In this document: positions 1-9,943 of the stretch, piece by piece
How positions within the stretch are numbered: position 1 is the stretch's first letter
Layout of the letters: the number at the start of each line of letters is the position of its first letter
NCBI GenBank assembly: GCA_030167865.1
Contig: JALAGF010005450.1
Coordinates: forward strand, 1 to 52,867
From: Craspedostauros australis
Taxonomy: Eukaryota
Direction: 5' to 3'
DNA: 52,867 bases
Made by a program: the position numbers and the translations under genes
Notes under the pieces: model-generated
The model's database searches: none
What the model was told of the DNA's origin: nothing
Seen by the model: the letters and a program-made list of their open reading frames with translations, nothing else

Positions 1-773
1 GGCACCTTCCGAAGCAAGTCCGTGACTGGTCACCTCACGATAAATACATGAGAACACTATCGAACCTTCGGCAGAAACTAACGATTTTTCTGCTGTAGGA
101 TCAACGCGACTGCAATGTATACATAGATCACTCCATAAAAATTAAAATGAAACAAAGTACAAGCTGAAAGGGTCCATCATATGTAAATAGACTACGAGGA
201 TTATTTATATGCAATTAGTTTCAAAATCCCAGAAATTTGATTAGACTCTTGATTGCAAACAGTTGGTCGACTCACTGATCGGGCTCTTATTGAAAACGTT
301 GATCGGAATTGGCGGTTGCTGACTTTGTCTCATGTGACGCAGAAGTGACATGATGCGTGAATCGAATCGGCCGCTCTGTCTGGTTGCATCATTCCACCAA
401 TGGTCAATTGCCAAGTGGAAGACGGAGAAATGAGTGATGGTTTTTCTTTTTTGCTGGTCATTCGGGGTCACGCAAACGCGACGGAGTTTGGTATCCGTGT
501 TGTTGTTGGCTCTGTGTGTTGGTTGGAGATGGTTCTCGTGTGGTTGGCGCCGACACAATTGCAATTGTCCACACATTCCACTGCACTGCACTGGACTCTG
601 CTCGACAACACTTGTGGAGTAGGTATTCTGTGATCAATCCAATCCAATCCAATCCGATCAACGTCTATGCAGTCAACAGCTATTGCATTGTACAAACGAA
701 TACATATAATACATACATGCATGACGTTGTGAGAAAGTGACAAGAGTCAACGCATCGACTACACGTGATCGCG

Positions 774-3700
774 ATGGCGCGCAAGAGAGGCTCGCGACAG
801 CCGCAGAAAGGCAGAACGGGCGCAGCAGATGACGATGGCGACGTCGTGGCGGTGCGTGCCGTGGCTGTCGATCCATCCATCGATGCAGCAGCTGTGGTTG
901 CCGTGGGCGTCAATGACAATGACAATGATGACCGTAGTGACAACGATGATGATGACAACGATGGGGATGACAGCGATGATGGCAACAAGAAGAAGCCAAA
1001 GACACATCGCAGCAGCAGCAACGACAATGATAACAACGATGACACTCGGGCGACAGACAACAGCCAGGCACAGCCAGTCGTCGTCGTTGCGGTCTCCGTT
1101 GTCGATCCCAAACCAAAACCAGATGCTGTTGACAAACCAAAGATCAAGAAGCCGCGCAACAGATCCACGAAGCCACCGCCCAAGAACACTTCGGCTTCGG
1201 CGCGCAGACGCAATCGATCTGCCAACATCAAAGCCAGCAGCGTCGCATCGCGCGCAGGCAGCTACAACAACCGATCCTTGTTGCAACGATGGTTCGCCTT
1301 CGTCTCTCCCAATCATCATGATGGCACCATCAATCCGTACCAACGCGCGCATGTTCATCTCGGTTGGCTGCGCATGCTCCTCTTCGCGCTGCTGATCTAC
1401 GAGTATATCACCTACCTGCCGCATTATCAGATCCTCGATGTCGCGCATCCCTCCTGCTACGATCCGCATGATGCCACCTACAACTTCCAGGATGAGAACA
1501 TGTTCTTCGACACGGGATCCGACACCTGGTTGGCCACGGATTGGTGGGAGTGGACGCAGCACTGGGTGCTGCCGCGCATGCCCTATGCCGGCAAGGCCCA
1601 ACAGCAGTCGGACTACGACGATGGATTGAACGGAAAATCGCCCACCGAACCGCCGCGCAGCTTTTTCATCGACGAGTATCCGTGGTTGAAGTTCCAATTC
1701 CATGTGTGGTACTACGGTGCCATGGGGCTGGTCGCGATCGCCGTGTGGAAGGGCGGCATGTACATCGTCTGGAAGTCCGCCGCCTTGCACAAGTCGCAAC
1801 AGAGGATGCTCATCACACCCGACAACCTCCTGCAGCAGTTCTTGCAGCTCGTGTCGTACTACTGGTACAGCACCTCGGCGACCACCTTCCTCTTCATGTA
1901 CGCCGCCAAGCTCTTCTCCTTGCTGCATCTCTACACCGACTATCGATACCTGCTGCTGTGTTTGGGCATCCTCGCGACAGCGTTGGATCAGCAGGATATC
2001 CACGGCAAGAAGGATTGGAACAGCCTCATTCAGCAGCAGCAACTTGCGCATCTATCGCAACAGCAGCAGCGACAGCCGGATGTTCGCAAACAGCACCTCC
2101 ATTACACGGGCATATGTTCCTGGATGTGCAACGTCGTCGTGCCGACCATCCTGGGTGGTCGCAAGGCCTTCGGTCCGGACATCAACAGCAAGCAGGCGCG
2201 TCGCAAGCGCACCTCCACCAACACGCAGCACGTTCTCACCTTGCCCAACGACCTGCAGTACTATTCCTCGCTGCAATCCTGGTCCACCACCACCATCAAC
2301 CTCCTGCGATTCCAGCTCGCCGTCGTCTTCACCGTCAATGGCGTTCTCATCCGCTGGTTGGATCAGCATTGGCTGCACGGCGATTACTTCCGGCTGCGCC
2401 ACATAGCGAGAAATCTCGACAGGCTCTACGAACATTACTCCAACTACCACCGCCTCAAATCGCTGGGCAAATCGGATCCGCGCACCGCACCACCCGCACA
2501 AGACGAAACCACGACGAGCGCCTTCACGACCATGAAGGATGACGAACCGGCCTACCGCAACGACGATGATTACATGTTCCCCATGTATCCCTACACCATC
2601 GACAAGGGACCCACGACGCCCTACGATTTTATCCAGTACAACACGGAGGAGACGTGGCGATTCTTCCATCACGACAAGATCAGGACGAAGTCCATCCCGT
2701 CCCCCATCTCGGCCAGACGGCGCGACGAACCGCTGCCCGATTACGACGCGATCCAAAAGCGCATGGATCATAAGCACGGCATCTACCATCCCTTGCAAGT
2801 TCCATCGAGCGTTTACAAGGAATTCGAGAAGGGCGACCAACGCACGGCGTGGATCTGTCTGTGCCTTGCGCAGTTCATCACGCTGCGGCTGTGGTTGGGA
2901 CATCACGGCGCGTGGTGGAAGGCGAGATCGAAGCAGTCGTCGTCCAATCGGTTGCAGTCGTCATCGATTGAAGGTGACGCGCAGTCACCGTTGCACCGCA
3001 TCGTTGCGTTGCCGTGGTACACGTGGATCACGCATCTGGCATTCGTCGCGGCGTTGGGCTGGTACTACTTTGGATTGACGCCGTACAGCGACAGCGAGGT
3101 CGAGCCCCTCCACCAAATCACGACGGTCTACTTCGCGTTGGGATTTTGGATTTGGAGATCGTTTGGTGCAGGTCTGGAAACTTCTGTGGTGTGGTGGATG
3201 TTGGACGTCCTGTACACCCTCCTGGTGGAGCCCTTCCGATCCATGCCCGAGATGCTGCGATTGAGCAGCGACAAAGCTTCCGCGGACGGCAACAGCAGTG
3301 GCAGTGGTAACAGCAGCAGCAACCGGCGGGACAGACCATACTCCGATCCTCAGTTACAGCAGTTGCAGGTGTTGTACAAGCAAATGCTGAGGCGGAAACG
3401 GTGGTATGCCCTCATCAGTCTTTGCTGGATCATCTTCCAATTCATCATGCCAATCCGTACCTACTTTGCAGGCAAATCCGCGGAGATGCATCTAAAATAC
3501 TCGAAGCGCGGCGTCATCGCAGCCGGCGTCGGTGATCGGTACGTCTGGACCCAATGGCTGGGCTGGAAGCGGTCGTCCATCATCACGCACACTGGCAGCT
3601 TCATTCGCGAGATGGAGGGAACTGGCGCAGGCTCGAGGGTCACCTGTACAGGGTCGGAAGAAGACTGCCGTGAGGTTGAGATTCTGAACAAGGTTAAGTT

Positions 3701-4766
3701 CGCAACCCAAAAAATCAAGAGGGAGCTGGTGCACAAGACGATCCAGCTTCGGTTGGGGTACATGGTCGGGATGTGCCGTGGGCATGGCATGATGATGCAA
3801 TCCGACTACATGATGGCCCCGGTGTTGCACGAAAATATCAAAGTCAACGATGGCACCGTCCTCAAGAACAGATACTGGAAGGAGCTGGATTTGCGCACTT
3901 TGCCAGTGCACCAGATATTGTCCAAGAAGCAGTGGGAAGCATTCGAACGGTACCCCCGCCAGTGGGCGCGGCTGGGAGCTGGCATGGCACGGGCGCTCGA
4001 AACGAGCTGCTCGGACATGCAGCTCGACATCTACAACTTCACCACCTACGAAGATGCGAGGGTGTACGGCGTCCTCTTTCAGCAAATCAACGGCCGCGGC
4101 GCATTCTCGCGCATCCTGGACCCGACCATGGATTTGGATCAGGTAGATCAGGTCCGCAGAAAGATCCAATCGTACTCCGAGATCTTCCGTTCTTGGAACT
4201 CCGCCAGCCAGTGGTTCCAGGCCACGTTCTTGGACCAGATGCCACGGCGATACGAAGGCATCCTGAGAGGAATCGGGACAATGCACGACGTAATCGTCGA
4301 AGGCGCAGAGCCTTTTCTGTGGCAGGAATACCCACACGCCAAAGCCATTTACGTCATTGCTGACCGCGCCGAGTGCCTGCGCGAATCTCCCGTGATGCTG
4401 TGGCCCAACGGGTATCCACTCACGCTCGCTGCCGTCCAGGTTCCATTCTCGTACGATCTCTTCTTCCAAGGCCGGCGAGAGCAGAAGGGACACCAACATT
4501 CGGCCGATGAGGACTCGGAAGAGTACGACCCGCCTGGTTCCGACACGTCCGAATTCCAAGAATTCTGGTCATCGCATATGGGTCCCAACTCGGAGCGCAT
4601 CCCCCTGCGCAAGTTCAACGATCGCAAGATCGTGACCACCTCGCTGGAGATCGGCATCGACTTGCGTCCAAATGCAAAGCCTCACGTGGATGGCACCACG
4701 AATGGGTACAAATGCCGTGAAACGACCTACGAGGATGTTATCTGGGCTATCATCTTTGAAACATGA
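774..4766 (+). CDS. Vitamin K-dependent gamma-glutamyl carboxylase (HTTM domain)-like polytopic membrane protein, divergent
   Basis: Uninterrupted ORF (first ATG 774, ~1330 aa) with several hydrophobic helices. Motifs occur in GGCX order: LRFQLAVVFTVNG..LDQHWLHG (2301-2381, cf. [24 protein letters not shown]), FQFIMP (cf. QLFLP), RYVW (cf. GYSW), QINGRGAFSRILDPTMDL (~4083-4136, cf. SINDRFQQRIFDPRVDI), YVIAD (cf. VFIAD). Confidence 0.72.
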   Translation: MARKRGSRQPQKGRTGAADDDGDVVAVRAVAVDPSIDAAAVVAVGVNDNDNDDRSDNDDDDNDGDDSDDGNKKKPKTHRSSSNDNDNNDDTRATDNSQAQPVVVVAVSVVDPKPKPDAVDKPKIKKPRNRSTKPPPKNTSASARRRNRSANIKASSVASRAGSYNNRSLLQRWFAFVSPNHHDGTINPYQRAHVHLGWLRMLLFALLIYEYITYLPHYQILDVAHPSCYDPHDATYNFQDENMFFDTGSDTWLATDWWEWTQHWVLPRMPYAGKAQQQSDYDDGLNGKSPTEPPRSFFIDEYPWLKFQFHVWYYGAMGLVAIAVWKGGMYIVWKSAALHKSQQRMLITPDNLLQQFLQLVSYYWYSTSATTFLFMYAAKLFSLLHLYTDYRYLLLCLGILATALDQQDIHGKKDWNSLIQQQQLAHLSQQQQRQPDVRKQHLHYTGICSWMCNVVVPTILGGRKAFGPDINSKQARRKRTSTNTQHVLTLPNDLQYYSSLQSWSTTTINLLRFQLAVVFTVNGVLIRWLDQHWLHGDYFRLRHIARNLDRLYEHYSNYHRLKSLGKSDPRTAPPAQDETTTSAFTTMKDDEPAYRNDDDYMFPMYPYTIDKGPTTPYDFIQYNTEETWRFFHHDKIRTKSIPSPISARRRDEPLPDYDAIQKRMDHKHGIYHPLQVPSSVYKEFEKGDQRTAWICLCLAQFITLRLWLGHHGAWWKARSKQSSSNRLQSSSIEGDAQSPLHRIVALPWYTWITHLAFVAALGWYYFGLTPYSDSEVEPLHQITTVYFALGFWIWRSFGAGLETSVVWWMLDVLYTLLVEPFRSMPEMLRLSSDKASADGNSSGSGNSSSNRRDRPYSDPQLQQLQVLYKQMLRRKRWYALISLCWIIFQFIMPIRTYFAGKSAEMHLKYSKRGVIAAGVGDRYVWTQWLGWKRSSIITHTGSFIREMEGTGAGSRVTCTGSEEDCREVEILNKVKFATQKIKRELVHKTIQLRLGYMVGMCRGHGMMMQSDYMMAPVLHENIKVNDGTVLKNRYWKELDLRTLPVHQILSKKQWEAFERYPRQWARLGAGMARALETSCSDMQLDIYNFTTYEDARVYGVLFQQINGRGAFSRILDPTMDLDQVDQVRRKIQSYSEIFRSWNSASQWFQATFLDQMPRRYEGILRGIGTMHDVIVEGAEPFLWQEYPHAKAIYVIADRAECLRESPVMLWPNGYPLTLAAVQVPFSYDLFFQGRREQKGHQHSADEDSEEYDPPGSDTSEFQEFWSSHMGPNSERIPLRKFNDRKIVTTSLEIGIDLRPNAKPHVDGTTNGYKCRETTYEDVIWAIIFET

Positions 4767-6142
4767 GCATGCGCACACACGCGCGCTACGTATGCATGTA
4801 AGCACATAAGTGTGTGTGGTATGACAGACAGGTATCTTTATATTGTAGAGAACAACCTATGGGGCTTACTTCAAGACTCCAGCGGAACGTGGATATGGTT
4901 TTGAAGCCAGAAGAACAACGTACGAATCAAGACAGGAAGTCGGAACAGTTCTTGCTGTTCAAGTTCACGCATGTATAGTACAGGCAGTGGAATGAAGGAC
5001 GTTCAGAGAACGAAGGAAGCGTCCAAGACCCCGTTCCCTCCCTCCAAGAACATCGCCTCGAGAACCTATGCAAGATGCGATGCCCATTCACATCAGCGAT
5101 ACCGCCAGCCAGAAAAGGAAGTCAGAGTTCGCAACCGCGCTTATGGCAGTCGAACTTCCTCAGCACTTCTCCAGAGGTTGACATGGGCACGGAAGCGTGC
5201 TAAAGCCCCCAACAAACGCTCTGCGATCACATGGATATGAGCATGTATCGCACCGCACCAATGTGCAGCGCGGAACCGCGACCTGCCTGTGCTCCTCTTG
5301 GGGAGGAACGAGGACCACGCCGACGTGAAAGTCCAGGAAGCATCGCACCGTTGCGTGTTCGCTCGAAAGAACAACGAATGTGAAGGCGCCAGGATGGACC
5401 CCATGTTCAACGTCCCAATTGCGCAATAGAATGGATCTTTTATCATTCTCGCTATCGTGGGCAACAAAGAGAACACTCGAAATGTCAATCGAAACGGTGT
5501 ACGAATAGAGGGACAACGAAAAGATGGATGAGCACTTTTCGCTTTTTTCAATGCAGGATCACAAGCATCACATTTTTCGGATGTGTGATCAACCAGGACC
5601 AAACTTTACGGGTTACTTCATTGCGTGACTTGCGTTGGATGATGTCGTTACCAGGGAGGGACTCTCGCTCCGGGAGCGTTAGATCCCAAATACAACCATA
5701 ATGGATAGTCTGTTGCGAACATGTTGGACCTCGACGTCGACTAGGCAGAGTGTGAGCAGGGTGCAATGGTCGTACGGCGGTCGGTTCGACTGGCAACTCC
5801 GAGCACGTCAACACGAAGACGAGAACAAGAACAATAGCACATGCCTCGTCCTCTCACTCTCGAAGTTGGGCTGGATTGATCTTGAAAATGCTTGGATGCT
5901 GACCATGACCACAACATCAGCCTCGAGAGAGTGCCTGTGGACACGAGGACAAAGCATGTACGGGCATGTGCTAGCATGAACGGATACAATTGCTGAAAGA
6001 AGCAGCGGTGACGATGCCGACGTTGGCATCAGGCATTCGACTGTCGCGCAGTGAAAACTTCGGCCAGTATGCAGTCTTCTTGTAAGAGCACTAAATTGCA
6101 TTATATGTTAGTATTTTATGTATTATATGGGACATTGGAACC

Positions 6143-8974
6143 TTAAAGGATGAGCATCATGAAGGAATCGATAGTCTTTTGGATCTTCTCTTGGTACTGA
6201 AAAATGGGTGTGTTGTAGAAGTCCAGCGGGCGGTCCGGATCGGTTGTGGATATCAACTCGTACAGTGGAAAAGCCAAGATAGGTAAGCATTGTGCGGATG
6301 TGCGTAGTAGGACCTGTTCGTACGATGCGTGCCCGGATCCGATGTGTTGATCTTTGTGATCACACAGAGAATCGAACGAGCACGATGATGGACTGTTCAC
6401 GACCATGGCCGACGTTGTGTCTCGGAGCAGCAGCTGAGACCGGTACATTTGCGTGAGAACCGCGTTGCTTCCAGCATCATGGACACCTGTCGCATTGCTC
6501 TGTCCGTCCGCCACGCGCCGGTTTGCCAACTCGCGTGTGCAGGCTACGTGCGCAACCACGTTGGTGGTATGACATGGCGTCGTGTTGATGCCGGTCTGCT
6601 CATTCCAGACATCAGTTGTCTGATAGCGCAGGATGTCGGCCTTGCCGATTCGGCCTTTCAACCTCACCACCAGTACGCACATCATGTCAGCTTTGTTTAC
6701 TGGGGTGGTTGGTGCCTCGGGCGTACTTGTATCTGTTGCACCGGCTTCGCTCAAGTATAGCATCGGGTTGTTCGTGGTGTGGATGCCGCCATCAAAGTTC
6801 TGAATGAACGTCGGTGAGTCGTTTGGTGCCTCGTCCAAGACGATCGTCTGGCCACGCTGATGGCACTGCTTGTACCTATCGAACGACGTGCTCGAGACGA
6901 ACTTCACCTGCTGCGGCGACACCCCATGCAACCTGATCTCTTCGTACTCATCCAGAGACGAAACGATGTGATACCCAATGTCTATGGCAGCAGGCCTTGC
7001 CTTGTCGTGGCAGGCTTGGTGGGCATCCAAGAATTGCTCCACCCAGGAAACGAAAGCATCTTCTGTCCCGACCAACTCGCAGCGGTATGTGTTGTCGGGG
7101 TCAAAACTGTCGTCTTTGGCCATGGGAGTCGTGGATTGCGAGACGCTTTGAGCATACACCTTCTGAACTGTGTCCATGATCTGGCTGACGAAGAGGACGG
7201 TCTTGCCGAATGCAGTTGACAGCATCTGCATTTGCTGGCCTTTCTCATAGATGTCGCGTTCTTTGTCCGCTTCCTCCTGCAGCTTCCGGGCCATGTGGAC
7301 GTCCTTGTCGGTTGATCGTCGCCGGAGCAACATTGGAGAGGGAACGCTCGAAGCCCCTTTGGAGCGGATGGAAGCTTTGCCGTGCGGTCGGACCTTGTGC
7401 TTTTCGGAGCCTTTGTCAGCGAAGCCGATCCATTTCCCCTTCGCCACGGGAGGCAGCTTGTGGTTGAGGTATGTGGAGCTGTCATACTTCAGCGGCAACG
7501 GCCATTTAGAAGATCCAGACTCCGCAATACGTTGCATTGCATATTCACTCTGCCGGGGCTGTTCGATTTCATGCGGCAGATCGATTTGGAAGCTACCGCT
7601 GCTGCGATGTTTGGCTGGATCTTCGAGGGATGAGGCAAAGATTTGAGAAGGCGGACGTTCGCGTCGCCTCTGTCGTTGCGAGCGCCTCTCGTCGCTTTGT
7701 TCAGTGGGCTGGGAGGGCACACCAATTGCGATTGGGAGAAGGTGCGGTCCTGCAGGTGCAGGTGCAGTAGCAGTAGCGCGATATGCGTGGGGATTTGGCT
7801 GAAGCTGCGAAGGAGTCATCGAACGGATGGGAAACTGACGGCGGTCACCTGGACCTTCCTCTTCGTCGTCGTCGTCGTCGTCGTCGTCGTCATTGTCGGC
7901 ATCTCCGTCAACTCCGTCATCCGAGTCCAGGTGGGAGAGTTTCAGCTTGTTCATAGTCTCTGTGACAACGAACGAAGCCCGCAAACGCTTGGAGCTGCGA
8001 CGACGTTGGAATTCCGGCAGCGAAGTCTCCATTTCGCGTTTAGGCGTTGGCGAAACTTGGTTCGATTCCTTGACGGGTGTGCATGCTGCTTCGTATATCG
8101 CCATGCGATTGAATGCTTCGGTCCGTTGCGTTCGACTTGCATGTGCTGTATTCCTCCCGCGGCCGGCGTTGGCACCGTTGTTGATATTGCTTTTGCTTTT
8201 GCCGTCACTGTAGACTCTAGTGTACTGCGCTGCATCATTTGACGATGCCGTACTGGCTCGAACTGCCCCGGATCTTCTGGAGGCACCTTTGCGCGATGAC
8301 ATGGGAGACGAGAACCTGGCGGAGACGGATGATGACAAGCTCGTGCGGGCTGTGGGATCTGTGGTTTGACTTCGACTCGAGGGTTGCTTTCGAAAGATGA
8401 ACCTTGACGAGGGCGATGCCGTCATCTTCTTGAGGACGCTCTGGTACGCGTACTCGCTCGCATCGTCATCTTCCAAGTCATCGATGGAAGGGTACAGTCG
8501 CTTGGTAGTATGCGAAGAACGTGACCGAAGAATTGCGGTCGACGATTCGGAGGAAGCAGACGATCGACGTCGACTGGGCATCGGGGCAGTCTTTCTAGTT
8601 CGCAAGGCCAGCGATGGCGATGCTGATGCTGATGCTGAGGGAGGGCCACGCGATGACGAACATGATGATCGAGGTGGTGGCGGCGGTGGCGGCGACGGTG
8701 GCGGCGACGGAAGCGGAAGTCGCTGTGTTGGGAATGATGACGGTTGCGATGACATAGCTTGGCGCGGGTTCTGATACGTACACAGGTTCATATCTTCACC
8801 ATGCCTTGTCACCGGGGCTGCACCTCCATATAGCTCCCCTCGCTTCTCATTGCGCATCGATCTTTTGTTGGAGTAGCTGTTATTCATGTTGCGGCTTGGA
8901 GACGCAGAACCACGAGTTCTCGTCGTGTGTACAGGTAGGGTGGCAGTTGATGTGCATGCACCAAACATTCGCAT
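6143..8974 (-). CDS. Hypothetical protein: long Ser/Pro/Arg-rich disordered region plus C-terminal divergent PARP/ADP-ribosyltransferase-like domain
   Basis: Open frame 6143-9103. First ATG is 8974; the start is uncertain (alternatives are ATG 8755 or an upstream exon spliced to the AG just before 9103). C-terminal motifs IDIGYH (~6968-6985), GGIHTTNNP (~6764-6790), VLVVRLKG and YEQVLL..AQCLP (~6280-6325) follow the ART H-Y-E strand order. Confidence 0.6.
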   Translation of the reverse strand: MRMFGACTSTATLPVHTTRTRGSASPSRNMNNSYSNKRSMRNEKRGELYGGAAPVTRHGEDMNLCTYQNPRQAMSSQPSSFPTQRLPLPSPPPSPPPPPPPRSSCSSSRGPPSASASASPSLALRTRKTAPMPSRRRSSASSESSTAILRSRSSHTTKRLYPSIDDLEDDDASEYAYQSVLKKMTASPSSRFIFRKQPSSRSQTTDPTARTSLSSSVSARFSSPMSSRKGASRRSGAVRASTASSNDAAQYTRVYSDGKSKSNINNGANAGRGRNTAHASRTQRTEAFNRMAIYEAACTPVKESNQVSPTPKREMETSLPEFQRRRSSKRLRASFVVTETMNKLKLSHLDSDDGVDGDADNDDDDDDDDDEEEGPGDRRQFPIRSMTPSQLQPNPHAYRATATAPAPAGPHLLPIAIGVPSQPTEQSDERRSQRQRRRERPPSQIFASSLEDPAKHRSSGSFQIDLPHEIEQPRQSEYAMQRIAESGSSKWPLPLKYDSSTYLNHKLPPVAKGKWIGFADKGSEKHKVRPHGKASIRSKGASSVPSPMLLRRRSTDKDVHMARKLQEEADKERDIYEKGQQMQMLSTAFGKTVLFVSQIMDTVQKVYAQSVSQSTTPMAKDDSFDPDNTYRCELVGTEDAFVSWVEQFLDAHQACHDKARPAAIDIGYHIVSSLDEYEEIRLHGVSPQQVKFVSSTSFDRYKQCHQRGQTIVLDEAPNDSPTFIQNFDGGIHTTNNPMLYLSEAGATDTSTPEAPTTPVNKADMMCVLVVRLKGRIGKADILRYQTTDVWNEQTGINTTPCHTTNVVAHVACTRELANRRVADGQSNATGVHDAGSNAVLTQMYRSQLLLRDTTSAMVVNSPSSCSFDSLCDHKDQHIGSGHASYEQVLLRTSAQCLPILAFPLYELISTTDPDRPLDFYNTPIFQYQEKIQKTIDSFMMLIL

Positions 8975-9891
8975 GTGATTGATGGAACCACAGGAGGTTT
9001 GCACTTCGTACTCGAAGTCGTACTCGTGCTTGGATGTCCGATGGAAAGTATTTTGTGTTATGGTGCTGAGAAAGGAGTTATTAGACAAAGAGGGCTGTGG
9101 CACCTACGAGCACGAGCTATGGTGGAGAAGTCGTGACGTGATGATCCGACCAGCGATTCACCCCGCAGTCGTGTGGTGCAAGGTGCAAAACGTGGGGCGA
9201 CCAATCAGTTCCTACGGTGTTTTCACAACCACTAGTATCGGATGTTCTGTACTCACGGTGGTTGCGTCGTGACTATGCCCCTTGCCTGTGTCGGTTCAGG
9301 GGATGTCCAGGACGATCTGCGTACTTTTGTACTGAATGTATGAGAATTGCCCCAGTTCGTGGTGGTTTTCCTGGAGTTGTGAGGTTTTCGCTTGCTTTTG
9401 TGGTGACGATTAGTGTGGTATCTATGGTATGGTGTGATAGGCAAGAGTGCGGCTCTGCTTCCAGCACCTTCTCTATGCTGCGTTGTGGTGTGCACAAGGT
9501 GTTTGGAGACTTGCCGTCGGCGATCCCCGTGTTGTGACAGATACCAAGACAGGAACTGTGGGTAGAACACAACGGAGGGAGTGAATTCCGCAGACTTTTA
9601 TCTTCTGAGGTGTGGTTTTGCGTGTAACCAGTGCGAGGTCCTGTCAACCTTGTGTCGACGTTGCCAGATCTGCGCGCAGAACGGATCTTGGATCGATTGG
9701 CTTTTCCCTGTGCGTTAGTTGCTGTGGGCGGACGAGTGATTCAGCAGCAGAGCAGTGCGTTCAGTGCATGTGCGAAACGACAGCAGGCATCAGTCGTCTG
9801 GTACAGTCCTTCGAGCGCAGGTTTCATGAATCTGGCTCCTCTATGTTGGGATGCAGAGGGTTCGGTGAGTGCTGAAACTTGGAATGTTGAT

Positions 9892-9943
9892 ATGTGATGT
9901 TGTCATGTGATGTTGCCATGTGATGTTGCCATGTGATGTTGTT
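9892..9943. repeat. 13-bp tandem repeat, ~4 copies (ATGTGATGTTGYY)
   Basis: atgtgatgttgtc atgtgatgttgcc atgtgatgttgcc atgtgatgttgtt read directly. Confidence 0.85.

Noticed and set aside
1..260. AT-rich segment at the window start as a TE end
   Set aside because: No terminal repeat or coding signature visible within the window.
759..4559. Antisense ORFs of 430, 284 and 355 aa over the GGCX-like gene
   Set aside because: Shadow frames of GC-rich coding sequence.
4860..6100. Protein-like fragments between the first two genes
   Set aside because: Multiple stops in every frame and no motif I can assign.
9892..9943. CRISPR-like array
   Set aside because: Head-to-tail repeats without spacers, in eukaryotic DNA.
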